NCBI GenBank assembly: GCA_044338255.1
Contig: JBIILZ010000006.1
Span: forward strand, 1-62,056
DNA: 62,056 nucleotides
Direction of reading: 5' to 3'
From: Planctomycetota bacterium
GTDB lineage: Bacteria; Planctomycetota; UBA11346
Shown here piece by piece: positions 28,000-37,878 of the stretch (position 1 is its first letter; every line of letters starts with the position of its first letter). The position numbers were made by a program, and so were the translations under genes. The notes beneath the pieces are model-generated. The model saw only the letters and a list, made by a program, of their open reading frames with translations, was not told the DNA's origin and did not search any database.

Positions 28000-30717
28000 C
28001 TACAATCCGGCCAGGGTCTCGCGCACATTGGCCAACTCGATCTGCTCCTTAAGTACTAATTCGCGGGTCTCGACCACCTGGGTGGCCGGAGCACGTGCCA
28101 GATAGTCGGCATTCTCCAGGCGGCTGAGCTTGCCGTTGATGCTCTTTTCGAGACCCGTGACGCGCCGCGTGAGCTGCTCGCTGAGCTTGGCGATGTCGGC
28201 GATGCCGCTCACCGGGATGTGGATCTTCATCCCCCCCACCGCCGTGCTCACACTCGCTGCCGGCTTGCTGCCGCTGGCGGCGATGGTCAGCGCCGAGAGA
28301 TTGGCGCGATTGCTGACGAACTCGCGATTGGCTTCGAGGAGCCGGCGCTCGGCGTCCACCGGCGCATGGATCTCGACGGCGAGCTGGATGCCATCGCCAA
28401 GCTGTAGCAGATTGCGCGCGTTGCGCACCGCCACGACCACCGCCTGGAGCTCGCCCATCTCGCGGCCGAGGTCGGGATTGCGATGCGCGGCCACCGGCTC
28501 GGGCCAAGCATCAGTCATCAGGTAGGTGCCCGACCACGGCGTGCCGCCGGTGGTGCCCTGCAGCTGCTGCCAGAGGAATTCGGTGATGAAGGGCATGCCC
28601 GGATGGAGCAGGCGCAGCACCTGATCGACGCAGAACGAGAGCACCCGTCCGGCATCGGCGGCTTCGCTGCCGCCCTGCTTGAACTGGCGCTTGGCCCACT
28701 CGAGGTACCAGTCGCAGAGGTCGTCGCGGAAGAAGCGGTAGGCGCCGTTGGAATAATCGTTGAAGCGGAAGGCGGTCAGGGCCTGGGTGCAGGCCTCGGT
28801 GGTCTGCGCCAGGCGCTCAAGGATCCACTGCTCGGCGAAACCCAGCTGCGCCGGCACCAGGTCGTCGGCGCGGACCGCTGCTGGCAAGGGCCGCTCGTTA
28901 AGGTTCATGAGCAGGAAGCGCCCGGCATTCCACACCTTGTTGGCGAAATTGCGGCCGGTCTCGAACTTCGCCGGCGAGAGCTTGAGGTCCTGGCCCTCGG
29001 TGGTCATGTCGAGCAGGGTGTAGCGGATGGCATCGGCACCGTAGCCCGGGCACTGGTAGTCCTTGCCGAGGTAGTTCTGCGTGCCGCCATCGATCATGAT
29101 GATCGGATCGATGCCGTTGCCGAGCGACTTCGACATCTTCACGCCGCGCTCGTCGAGCACCGTGCCATGGATGTAGACATCGCTGAAGGGCTTCTGTTCG
29201 AGGGCGAAGCACGAGGCCATGACCATGCGCGCGACCCAGAAGAAAATGATGCCTCTATCAGTCACCAGGGTCGAGGTCGGGAAATAGCGCGCCATTTCGG
29301 AGGTCTGTTCCGGCCAACCGAGGGTCGAGAACGGCCACAGCGCCGAGCTGAACCACGTATCGAGAACATCGGTTTCCTGGGCGAGCGCGGTCCCCGCGCA
29401 ATGTTCGCAGGCGGTCGGCGTGGTCTCCGCCACGGTGTATTTTCCGCAGCTCGCGCAGCGCCACGCGGGAATGCGATGGCCCCACCAGATCTGCCGCGAG
29501 ATGCACCAGTCGCGGGTGTTCTCCAGCCAGTGGGCATAGACCTTGGTCCAGCGCTCGGGGTGGAATTCGACGCCACCGGGATGGTTGTATTCGAGGGCCT
29601 TCTTGGCCAACGAATCCATCTTCACGAACCATTGTTCGGTGACCATCGGCTCGATCGGGGCATTGCTGCGATAGCTATGGCCGACGGCATGTTTGATCTC
29701 GGTACTGCCGAGGAGCACGCCGGTGGCTTCGAATTCCTTGAGCAGCGCCTTGCGCGCCGCAAAGCGTTCGAGCCCGGCGAACTGCGCGCAGTCCTTGGTC
29801 ATCGTGCCATCGAAATCGATGACGCGGATCAGTGGCAGGTTGTGGCGCTTGCCGAGCTCGTAGTCGTTGGGGTCGTGCGCGGGGGTGATCTTCACCGCCC
29901 CCGAACCCTTTTCGGGATTGGCGTAGCTGTCGGCGACGATAGGGATCTCGCGACCGATGATCGGCAGGCGCACCATCTTGCCGATGAGGTGTTGATAGCG
30001 CGCATCATCGGGATTGACGGCGACGGCGGTGTCGCCAAAGAAGGTTTCAGGGCGCGTGGTCTCGACCGTGATCGAGCCGCTGCCATCGGCGAAATCGTAC
30101 TTCAGCGCCCATAAAAAGCCCTGCTTCTCGATGACTTCGACCTCGTCATCGGCAAGCGCGGTCTTCTGCACCGGGCACCAATTCACCATGCGCGTGCCGC
30201 GATAAATCAGGCCCGCCTCGTAGAGCTTGGTGAACTGCACGCGCACGGCGTGCGACAGGCCCTCGTCCATGGTGAAGCGTTCGCGCGACCAGTCGCACGA
30301 CGAGCCGAGCTTGCGCAGCTGTTGGGTGATGGCGCCTCCGGACTGCTCCTTCCACGCCCACACGCGCTTGAGGAAGGCTTCGCGGCCGAGACCGTCGCGA
30401 GTAAGCCCCTCGGCCTGGATGTGCTTGACCACCACCGATTCGGTGGCGATGCCGGCATGATCGGTGCCGGGCTGCCAGAGGGTGTCGTAGCCCTGCATGC
30501 GCCGCCAGCGGATGAGGGTGTCCTGCAACGTGTTGTTGAGCGCGTGGCCCATGTGCAGCACGCCGGTGACATTCGGCGGCGGAATAGCGATGGTGTAGCT
30601 CGGCTTGCCGTCGCGTCTTCCGGCCCCGGCCTTGAAGCAACCGGCGGTTTCCCAGCGCCGATAGACATCGGCTTCGACGGTGGCGGCACTGTAGGACGAC
30701 GGCAGATCAAGCGGCAT
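28000..30717 (-). CDS. valS: Valine--tRNA ligase
   Basis: PPPNVTGVLHMGH, DHAGIAT, DWCISRQ.WWGH, KMSKS, C-terminal coiled coil. Confidence 0.98.
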   Translation of the reverse strand: MPLDLPSSYSAATVEADVYRRWETAGCFKAGAGRRDGKPSYTIAIPPPNVTGVLHMGHALNNTLQDTLIRWRRMQGYDTLWQPGTDHAGIATESVVVKHIQAEGLTRDGLGREAFLKRVWAWKEQSGGAITQQLRKLGSSCDWSRERFTMDEGLSHAVRVQFTKLYEAGLIYRGTRMVNWCPVQKTALADDEVEVIEKQGFLWALKYDFADGSGSITVETTRPETFFGDTAVAVNPDDARYQHLIGKMVRLPIIGREIPIVADSYANPEKGSGAVKITPAHDPNDYELGKRHNLPLIRVIDFDGTMTKDCAQFAGLERFAARKALLKEFEATGVLLGSTEIKHAVGHSYRSNAPIEPMVTEQWFVKMDSLAKKALEYNHPGGVEFHPERWTKVYAHWLENTRDWCISRQIWWGHRIPAWRCASCGKYTVAETTPTACEHCAGTALAQETDVLDTWFSSALWPFSTLGWPEQTSEMARYFPTSTLVTDRGIIFFWVARMVMASCFALEQKPFSDVYIHGTVLDERGVKMSKSLGNGIDPIIMIDGGTQNYLGKDYQCPGYGADAIRYTLLDMTTEGQDLKLSPAKFETGRNFANKVWNAGRFLLMNLNERPLPAAVRADDLVPAQLGFAEQWILERLAQTTEACTQALTAFRFNDYSNGAYRFFRDDLCDWYLEWAKRQFKQGGSEAADAGRVLSFCVDQVLRLLHPGMPFITEFLWQQLQGTTGGTPWSGTYLMTDAWPEPVAAHRNPDLGREMGELQAVVVAVRNARNLLQLGDGIQLAVEIHAPVDAERRLLEANREFVSNRANLSALTIAASGSKPAASVSTAVGGMKIHIPVSGIADIAKLSEQLTRRVTGLEKSINGKLSRLENADYLARAPATQVVETRELVLKEQIELANVRETLAGL

Positions 30718-30771
30718 GGGCAACCTCGCGGCGTAACAGCGTAGGACTCTCGTCGAGGAGTGAAGCGCTCA

Positions 30772-30805
30772 CGTGAGCTTTGTCGTGAGCTTTGTCGTGA
30801 CTTTG
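30772..30805. repeat. 12-bp intergenic repeat CGTGAGCTTTGT x about 3
   Basis: Two exact copies and one degenerate copy in the valS/riboswitch divergent promoter region. Confidence 0.85.
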
Positions 30806-30832
30806 GGCAAAGCCGCCCACAGTCCCGCCCGT

Positions 30833-31014
30833 CCAAGGTGCCCCAGGCTGTTGATCAGCGCTGGGGATAATCGGGAAGCCGGTGGCCTCGCATGCGAGGG
30901 AATCCGGCACTGACCCGCAACGGTGACTGGGGACTGACTGGCAATAACCACTGCTGATTCATCAGCGGGAAGGTGCCAGAAGGGTTGATCCAGGAGTCCG
31001 GAGACCGGCCTTGG
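30833..31014 (+). promoter_or_regulatory. Cobalamin (B12) riboswitch
   Basis: AAGGTG...AATCGGGAAGCCGGTG...AATCCGGCACTGACCCGCAACGGTGA...CCACTG...GGGAAGG...AGTCCGGAGACCGGCC (B12 box); P1 CCAAGG/CCTTGG; upstream of btuB. Confidence 0.93.
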
Positions 31015-31164
31015 CCACGCATGGTTGCCCTCGGGAGCTGGGGCACGACTGCTGACCGCTTTCCGTTGGAAAGCCGGCAGTGGTCGCAGCTCTACTGGTA
31101 ACCAGGTGTGCTCGTGGGAGCGCGGTGCTTCCATGGGTCGTTGCCATCTGCCCGGAGACGCCCC

Positions 31165-33087
31165 ATGCGTCGTTTGGTTCCTTCCCTCCTCCTGGTCGCC
31201 AGCGCGACCATCACTCTTGTCGCTGAAGCCGCTGAAGCCGCTGAGGCCGCCGAGGCCGCTGACGCCGCTGACTCCACCGAGGCCACCGCGACGGTGGTCC
31301 CGCTCATCGTCACCGCCGATCGCCAACCCACAGAAGCCTGGCGCTCGACCGCCACCACCGCCGTCGTCACCACTGACGATGACCGCGAACGCGGCTACAC
31401 CAGCAACCTCACCGAACGTATCGATGGTCTTCCCGGGGTCAGCGCCCTGGGCGTGAATGGCAACGTCGATGGCGGACTTTCGAGCATCCGCATCCGCGGC
31501 GGGAATTCCTACGATACGCGCATTCTGCTCGATGGGATCCCGGTCATCGATCCGACCGGCACCCAGGGCCAGGCCAACGCCGCGTTCATCGATGGCTCGG
31601 GCATCACCAGCATCGAAGTCGTCAATGGCGCCCAGAGCGGGCTGTACGGCAGCAATTCCGGCGGCGGCGTGGTCAACCTGCTGACGGTACGCCCGACGGC
31701 GGTACCGACCACCACCGCGCGCATCGAAGCCGGTTCGTTTGGCACCGCGCGCGTGAACGGCACCACCACCGGTCCCCTCGGTGAATCCTTTGGCTACGCG
31801 GTGGCGGTGGGCGCCATGCACAGCGATGGCATCTCCAGCGCCAGTCTGCCGAAAGACCACGGACGCAGTGCCGATCACGAGCGCGATCCGCTGAATCGCC
31901 TGGGGGTCACCGCCCGCGTCGAAGCCCGTCCGGCACCGAGGACCACGCTGTACGTCGGTGCCCGTGGGGATCTTTCGAATCAGGATTTCGACGCCGGCTT
32001 CCCCACCGATCCGGAGGACGCCAGCGCCAACAACAAGTTCCGTTCGCTGCGCGGCACCGCCGGCGGTGCGGTGCAGCTGGAGAAGACGTCGTTCAGTGCC
32101 GACGCCGCTCACACCGCCAGCAAGCGCGTCTACGACACCGCCGGCTATGCCGCCGACTACCGTGGCCGAGAGGACTACCTCGCCGGCAAGGTCACCACGC
32201 ATGTACTCACCCCCGGCAGCCGGCGAGATTGGGCCCTCGACCGCGTCGATCTGACGCTCGGCGGCGATGTCCAACGCGATCAGGCCACGATCAGTGACGG
32301 CAACCCTGAATTCTCCGAGAGCGCTTCGCTGACCGGCGGCTGGGCCCAGGCCCTGATTGGCGACCGCTATGTGGAGGCCAGCGTCAGCGGGCGCATCGAC
32401 CACCACAGTCAGGAAGGCGACAACGGCACCTGGCGCTGCGGCTTGGCGGTGTTTCCGCTCGACGAGCTTAAACTCCATGCCGCTCTCGGTACCGGCTTCC
32501 GCGCCCCCAGCCTGTATGAGTTGTATGATCCGTTCGCCGGCAATCCCGCACTCGCCGCCCAGCGTTCACGCAGCAGCGAAGTCGGTCAAGAAACCCGCCT
32601 GCCGGGCGGCTTGACGTTCTCGAACGTGGCCTTCCGCACGGACTACCTGCAGTCCATCGATTACGACTTCTCGACCAACGCGTATGTCAACACCGGGGCC
32701 TACCATAACGATGGCGTCGAAAGCGCCCTCGCCTGGAAGCCCGAAGCCAGCGGTCCCCGCGTGCTGGTGGCATGGACCTGGCAACACGCGAATCCCGACA
32801 GCGAGGCCCACCTGCTGCTCATTCCCCGCAATCGCGTGGTGGTGCAGCCGGCGTGGTACTTCGACAAGGCCTGGGCATCCCTGCGACTCGACGCCGTCAG
32901 CAGCCGTCCCTTCGGCAAGGAGCTGCCCGGGTATGCGCTGTTGGGCGCCGCTGTCGGCTATACCCTCACCCCCATCTGGGAGGTCTACATGCGCGGCGAG
33001 AACCTGACCAACACCGCCTATGAAGTGAACCCTGGCTATGCCACGCCGGGAGCTTCCTGCTACGGCGGCGTGACGGCGACCTTCTGA
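31165..33087 (+). CDS. btuB: TonB-dependent outer-membrane receptor, cobalamin (BtuB-like)
   Basis: Signal peptide, IVTADR, IRGG...LLDG, IEVVNG..S.LYGS...GGVVN, GFRAPSL..LY, ENL, terminal Phe; under the B12 riboswitch. Confidence 0.88.
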   Translation: MRRLVPSLLLVASATITLVAEAAEAAEAAEAADAADSTEATATVVPLIVTADRQPTEAWRSTATTAVVTTDDDRERGYTSNLTERIDGLPGVSALGVNGNVDGGLSSIRIRGGNSYDTRILLDGIPVIDPTGTQGQANAAFIDGSGITSIEVVNGAQSGLYGSNSGGGVVNLLTVRPTAVPTTTARIEAGSFGTARVNGTTTGPLGESFGYAVAVGAMHSDGISSASLPKDHGRSADHERDPLNRLGVTARVEARPAPRTTLYVGARGDLSNQDFDAGFPTDPEDASANNKFRSLRGTAGGAVQLEKTSFSADAAHTASKRVYDTAGYAADYRGREDYLAGKVTTHVLTPGSRRDWALDRVDLTLGGDVQRDQATISDGNPEFSESASLTGGWAQALIGDRYVEASVSGRIDHHSQEGDNGTWRCGLAVFPLDELKLHAALGTGFRAPSLYELYDPFAGNPALAAQRSRSSEVGQETRLPGGLTFSNVAFRTDYLQSIDYDFSTNAYVNTGAYHNDGVESALAWKPEASGPRVLVAWTWQHANPDSEAHLLLIPRNRVVVQPAWYFDKAWASLRLDAVSSRPFGKELPGYALLGAAVGYTLTPIWEVYMRGENLTNTAYEVNPGYATPGASCYGGVTATF

Positions 33088-33123
33088 TGCGATTGTGGGC
33101 GATCTGATGCGACTGTGGGCGAT
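33084..33123 (+). repeat. 20-bp tandem duplication of the btuB stop / btuC start junction
   Basis: CTGATGCGATTGTGGGCGAT then CTGATGCGACTGTGGGCGAT. Confidence 0.92.
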
Positions 33124-34084
33124 CCTCGGTGCTGCCCTGGTGTTCGCCCTGGCCCTCGGCCTGGGCCTCGGCCACGGCTCGCTCGCGGATGCGACGAGCC
33201 GTGGCGTCTTCCTTGAGCTGCGCGGTCTGCGCGTGGTCTGCGCCGGCCTCGCCGGGGCGGCCCTGGCCATCGCCGGGGTGCTCATGCAGGGGCTCTTCCG
33301 CAATCCGCTGGCGAGTCCGTCGGTGCTCGGCACCACCGCCGGGGCCGCGCTCGGCGGCCAGGCGGTGCTGCTCGGCCATACCGCCCTTGCCGGATTCTTG
33401 CCCTGGTGGCTGGCGGCTGAGATGGTCCTGCCCCTGGGCTGCCTGAGCGGTGCCGCCGCCGCCTTGGCGCTGCTGCTGGTGGTCGCCCGCGCAGTGCAGC
33501 AGCGCGGCGGCGATCAGACCCTCGGCGTGCTGCTCACCGGCTTCCTCTTGTCATCGGCGTGTGCCAGCATCGCCGCCCTGCTCACCTGGCTGGCGCAGGC
33601 CAACTGGGAAATCGGACGTATGCTGGTGGCTTTTTCCCTCGGTGGCGTCGACGGCAAGGGCCTGCGCCACGTCGCCCTGGCGACGCCCTTGGTGGTCATC
33701 GGCGGGCTCGCCGCCTGGGCCTGGGGCCGGCAACTCGATGTGCTGCTGGCCGGTGATGACGAAGCCGCCGCCCTCGGCATCGAGGTCCGCAGCGCGCGCT
33801 TCTGGATCCTCGCCTGGACTGCCGTGCTCACCGCCGCCGCCACCGCCATCGGCGGTGGCGTGGCCTTCGTCGGCCTGATCGTGCCCCATGCCCTGCGCCC
33901 CTTCACCGGCGTCAGCCACCGCCGGCTGATCCCCGCCGCCGCTATCGGCGGCGCGGCCTTCGTCATCGCCTGCGATGCGCTCTGCCGCCTCGCCCCGGGT
34001 GGAGAACTGCCCCTGGGAGTGGTCACCGGGCTGATCGGTGCCCCGGTCTTCGGGATCCTGGTCCTGCGCCTGCACCGCGTCTGA
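33107..34084 (+). CDS. ABC transporter permease, BtuC/FecCD family
   Basis: MQGLFRNPLASP, GDDEAAALGI, GGVAFVGLIVPH, ELPLGVVTGLIGAP. Confidence 0.92.
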   Translation: MRLWAILGAALVFALALGLGLGHGSLADATSRGVFLELRGLRVVCAGLAGAALAIAGVLMQGLFRNPLASPSVLGTTAGAALGGQAVLLGHTALAGFLPWWLAAEMVLPLGCLSGAAAALALLLVVARAVQQRGGDQTLGVLLTGFLLSSACASIAALLTWLAQANWEIGRMLVAFSLGGVDGKGLRHVALATPLVVIGGLAAWAWGRQLDVLLAGDDEAAALGIEVRSARFWILAWTAVLTAAATAIGGGVAFVGLIVPHALRPFTGVSHRRLIPAAAIGGAAFVIACDALCRLAPGGELPLGVVTGLIGAPVFGILVLRLHRV

Positions 34085-34201
34085 AAATGTCATGCGCCGC
34101 ACGAAACAACCCACCTAGGAGTCCGTCGGAGATAGGCGCCCGAGGATGGCGAAGGGATCGTGCGGCAGATCCAAGGCGGCAAAGCGGGCGGATAGCGAGA
34201 G

Positions 34202-37123
34202 CTATCTGACCGTTTTGCCAACGCCGGAGCTGTCGTCGAGCAGGGAGATCGCCGTCTGCAACAGCGAGTGCTGGGCAACCACCGCTCCCGGGCTGGCGAA
34301 GGACGCGCGCTCGTCAGCGTACGAATGCCAGCGCTTGATCTGCGCCGGTTTCGTCGGCTTGGGCATCGTCAATACCGGCCGAGGTGCCAGACGGATCCCC
34401 TCGGCATGTGCCGCGACGAGGGTGAAGAGCGCCCCGAGATCGCGGATCTGGTCCACCGCTACCTGGTGATGATGGTGGCCAGGATCCAGGCGCATGAGCG
34501 CCAGCGCCAAGCGTTCGCGCTCGGCACGCGGAAGGCGCAGCTCGCCATCGAGTTCGAGCAGGTGAGAGATGGCATTGAAGTAATCGGGGTCGAGGGCGAT
34601 GGCGGCGCGAAATGCGCTGGCGGCATCGGCATGGCGCTCCTGTTGCGAGCGTAGGTAACCGAGGAGGTACTGATGGCGGGGATTCTTCGGCTCGCGCTCG
34701 ACGAGGCCGGTGAAGACCTCCTCGGCAATGCGCTTGGCATCGACGCCGCCGAAGACCCCCTCGCATCCGAAGCAGTGGCTCTCCATCCGTCCGAAAGCCT
34801 TGGGCATAAGCTCGAACGCACGGCGGAAATGGACCGCGGCCTCCTTATCGCGGCCGAGCTTGGCGAGGGTCACCGCCATGCGCGATTGCACACAATAGGT
34901 GCGATCGAGGATCGCCTCCGAGACGCGATAGGCCTCCGCAGCGCGCGTCGCCAGCCCGGCGCGCAGGAGCACATCGGCGGCTTCGCCAGCGCGGATCGCG
35001 GCGATTACCGTATGTAAGGGCTTGGCCTCGTCCGCACGCCCGAGCTTCGCCAAGGCTTCTGCCAACACCGCCCGCGCACGCATGCGGTCGCCCGGCCCTT
35101 GATCGCCGTCACTGGGATCCATTTCCATCGCCAACCGCGCGAGCTTCTCGGCCGCCGCCGGCTGACCGGCATCGAGCTGGAGTTGCGCGAGCCAGATCAA
35201 TGGCCGCTCCTCGAGAGCATCGCTACGCCGCAGACGCTCGCAGACCTCGCCCGCTTGCGCGCCATCGAGGCGCCGCAGCAAGACATAGGCGGCGTCACAA
35301 GCGGGCTCCTGATCGAGGGCCAGCAGCGCCAAGCGGCGAGCCTCGACGGGTTTGCCGACCTCGGCGAAAGCCGTGCCGGCAACCACCGCCAAGGGCGGAC
35401 GACCTTCATGGCTATCGGCGCCATCTTGGAGTTGAGAAAAGTCCTCGACGCCCCAGCCCTCGGCACTGGTGAGCAGCGTCACCGCGTCCGCCGATCGGCC
35501 CACCGCGACATACAAACGGACGAGCCCGGCGAGGGCCCCGTCGACGGCGGCATTGTCCCATTCATGCTTGGCCGGCAGCGCCAACGAGGCTGCCAACAGC
35601 TGTTCGGCCAACACCGCTTGGCCATTGGTGACCAGCAGCTGCGTGCGTCGCGAAGCTTCCTGATCCCAGGCATTTATGGGGCTTGCAGGAAGCACGCCGT
35701 AAGCAGCGACGGCTTCGCTGACCAGTTCCGGCCGCTTCAACACCGTGCCCAGCGTCAACAGGCGCATCGCCAACTCATTGCCCCCGGGCCTGCTCTCTGT
35801 CGACTGATCCTCGTCCTCGTCCGTCGCCGCCGCCGCATCCTCGATCTTCGGCGTCACGAGCACAGGCGGATGCAGCTGCGCTTCGAGCTGAGCGCGAATC
35901 GCCACCACTGCACCATCGACCTCGTCGGCGGCCAGCAGCAGTTCGATCAATTGACCTTGATGGGCCGCCGCCGCGCGGTGGTCATGAAGCATCTGCTGCA
36001 GCTCCTCGTCGCGACCCAGCTGGCCGGCGAGCTGACCGTAGATCGACCATAACGGACGCTCGGGCTCCTTGCGCAACAGATCGCGCAGCAGGTCGCAGAG
36101 TTCCTGCGGACGATGTTCGGCGAGGTCGTCCAACGGCAGTTGCTGCAGCAACCGCTCACTGCGCTTGCCGGCCTGTTCGAGGCGGGCCACCACATCGGCG
36201 TTGCGCTGGCCGATGACCAATTGCGTGAGATAGGCGGCCTCGGCCTGCTCACGATACCAGCGATTAGAGCGCTCGGCAGTCGTCGACGGAAACTTCTTTT
36301 CCAAGGCTTCGAACAAGGGCACGGAATCGGCATCGTGGATCAAACCCCAGGGGACGAACTTCAAAGTGTCGATGCGCGCGAGCGCTTCACGCACCGCCAA
36401 TGCGCGGGTGCGGCGGCCCGTCACCTTGAAATCCTGGAGATTCAAAGACAAGGCGCTGCGGATCACCGCCAAGGTCCGTGGCTCGCCGACCAACGGCAGC
36501 AGATCCGGCAATTCGAGTGAGGCGTAGACATTTTTAGCGACGGCCTTCACCTGCCGCTCAACTGCCTGGACCACCGCCTGCGGATCGTCTTCGCTATCGA
36601 TGAGTGCGACGTCGGCCCGCCCCAGATTGCCGCCGCCATGGCGCCCGCTGGCAGCGTGCGCCATGGCCAGCGCCTCATGTTGAGCGGGAAGGTCCATGGC
36701 CAGGGTGGCGGCGATCAGTCGCCAAGCCGCCGCCTGGCAGGCCTGAGCCGCCGGCAAGGTCTCGGCGTGGGCGCGCAGACCGGTGACGATGGCCGGCCAA
36801 TACGCCGGCACCGGCAAGGCTGCGAGCAGCTCGGCTGAGCTTGCGGGCGAGGTTTGCGAATCGCGATTTTCGCCTTGGAATTGAACGGGTGTCAGACGCC
36901 GAGCGAACTCCAACCAGCCGGCGGCGTCGCGTGCCGGGTTGGCGGCAAAGGCCGTCACCTCGCTGGACGTGAGCACGGCCTTGCCGACCGCATCGGCCTT
37001 CACTGCCGGCGCATGGAGATCGGCGAGGATCGCCGCCGCGCCGCGCAGGCCGTCGCCTTCGGCCGCAGGTCCCAGACCGCAGGCGAGCACGAGCAGGGAA
37101 TAAACGATTGCAGAGGTACGCAT
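34202..37123 (-). CDS. Large exported helical/TPR-repeat protein with Cys motif
   Basis: Signal peptide; TPR-like C-terminal half; YCVQSR and ESHCFGCEG motifs. Confidence 0.8.
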   Translation of the reverse strand: MRTSAIVYSLLVLACGLGPAAEGDGLRGAAAILADLHAPAVKADAVGKAVLTSSEVTAFAANPARDAAGWLEFARRLTPVQFQGENRDSQTSPASSAELLAALPVPAYWPAIVTGLRAHAETLPAAQACQAAAWRLIAATLAMDLPAQHEALAMAHAASGRHGGGNLGRADVALIDSEDDPQAVVQAVERQVKAVAKNVYASLELPDLLPLVGEPRTLAVIRSALSLNLQDFKVTGRRTRALAVREALARIDTLKFVPWGLIHDADSVPLFEALEKKFPSTTAERSNRWYREQAEAAYLTQLVIGQRNADVVARLEQAGKRSERLLQQLPLDDLAEHRPQELCDLLRDLLRKEPERPLWSIYGQLAGQLGRDEELQQMLHDHRAAAAHQGQLIELLLAADEVDGAVVAIRAQLEAQLHPPVLVTPKIEDAAAATDEDEDQSTESRPGGNELAMRLLTLGTVLKRPELVSEAVAAYGVLPASPINAWDQEASRRTQLLVTNGQAVLAEQLLAASLALPAKHEWDNAAVDGALAGLVRLYVAVGRSADAVTLLTSAEGWGVEDFSQLQDGADSHEGRPPLAVVAGTAFAEVGKPVEARRLALLALDQEPACDAAYVLLRRLDGAQAGEVCERLRRSDALEERPLIWLAQLQLDAGQPAAAEKLARLAMEMDPSDGDQGPGDRMRARAVLAEALAKLGRADEAKPLHTVIAAIRAGEAADVLLRAGLATRAAEAYRVSEAILDRTYCVQSRMAVTLAKLGRDKEAAVHFRRAFELMPKAFGRMESHCFGCEGVFGGVDAKRIAEEVFTGLVEREPKNPRHQYLLGYLRSQQERHADAASAFRAAIALDPDYFNAISHLLELDGELRLPRAERERLALALMRLDPGHHHHQVAVDQIRDLGALFTLVAAHAEGIRLAPRPVLTMPKPTKPAQIKRWHSYADERASFASPGAVVAQHSLLQTAISLLDDSSGVGKTVR

Positions 37124-37335
37124 GATGCGCGAGTAGAGCAACGATATCATGATGCACAATCCTTAGCCAAGCTGCCTATCCGCATTTCTACGGCGGTAGA
37201 CTGACGCGGCAAATCGTTCATCTACAGCATTGCATTATACAACGATTATTTGTCATTTGCATGCGGCATATTCATTAAAAATCCATTTGCCTGATGAGGA
37301 TAAAAGTAAACGTTTTAGAGGTAGGAATCGAACCC

Positions 37336-37662
37336 ATGAACAATCACTTGCGCCAATATTTGCGACTGCCCTTGGGCCAGCCGGCACCGGCGATTGAAAA
37401 GGCGAAGACCCCGGTCAACCCCTTCAGCAATGCTGTCGATCCGAGTAAGCTGTACCCCCTGCATCTCGAGCTGCTAATGCGCGATCTGCACACCATTGGC
37501 GAGGTTCCCGAGAAGTGGCGCGTGCTCGATGCCACCGAGACGCGTTTGGATGAACACGGTATGGAGATCGAATTCACCCTAGTACGCAAAGGCACCGATT
37601 TGGTGTGGCGGCGCAGCGTGCTAATCAGTGGGGGCCGTCTGGTGCGGATCAAGGCACTCTAA
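37336..37662 (+). CDS. Hypothetical protein, 108 aa
   Basis: GAGGTAGG upstream of ATG 37336; AT-rich promoter-like region upstream. Confidence 0.65.
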   Translation: MNNHLRQYLRLPLGQPAPAIEKAKTPVNPFSNAVDPSKLYPLHLELLMRDLHTIGEVPEKWRVLDATETRLDEHGMEIEFTLVRKGTDLVWRRSVLISGGRLVRIKAL

Positions 37663-37746
37663 AAAATCGATCCTCCGTCCTCTGAATACAAATAGTTCTC
37701 TCGGACGGTAAGGCCCAGCCAAGTAGCGGACATCTACTTCGACGAG

Positions 37747-37811
37747 GTGCCGCTGATAGTGCCGCTGATAGTGCCGCTGATAGTGCCGCTGATAGTGCCG
37801 CTGATAGTGCC
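37747..37811. repeat. 12-bp intergenic tandem repeat GTGCCGCTGATA x5
   Basis: Five exact copies plus GTGCC; no spacers. Confidence 0.97.
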
Positions 37812-37878
37812 CATCAGCGCCGGCAGCCGTCCATGCGCGCGTGTGGGGCGGTGGAGCCAGCGCGCTGAGGCGCGGAGG

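Noticed and set aside
30720-31014. T-box leader for valS
   Set aside because: The structured region matches a plus-strand cobalamin riboswitch; no T-box consensus on the minus strand.
37747-37811. Possible CRISPR array
   Set aside because: 12-bp units are head-to-tail with no spacers and there are no cas genes. The same applies to the arrays at 1518 and 57523.
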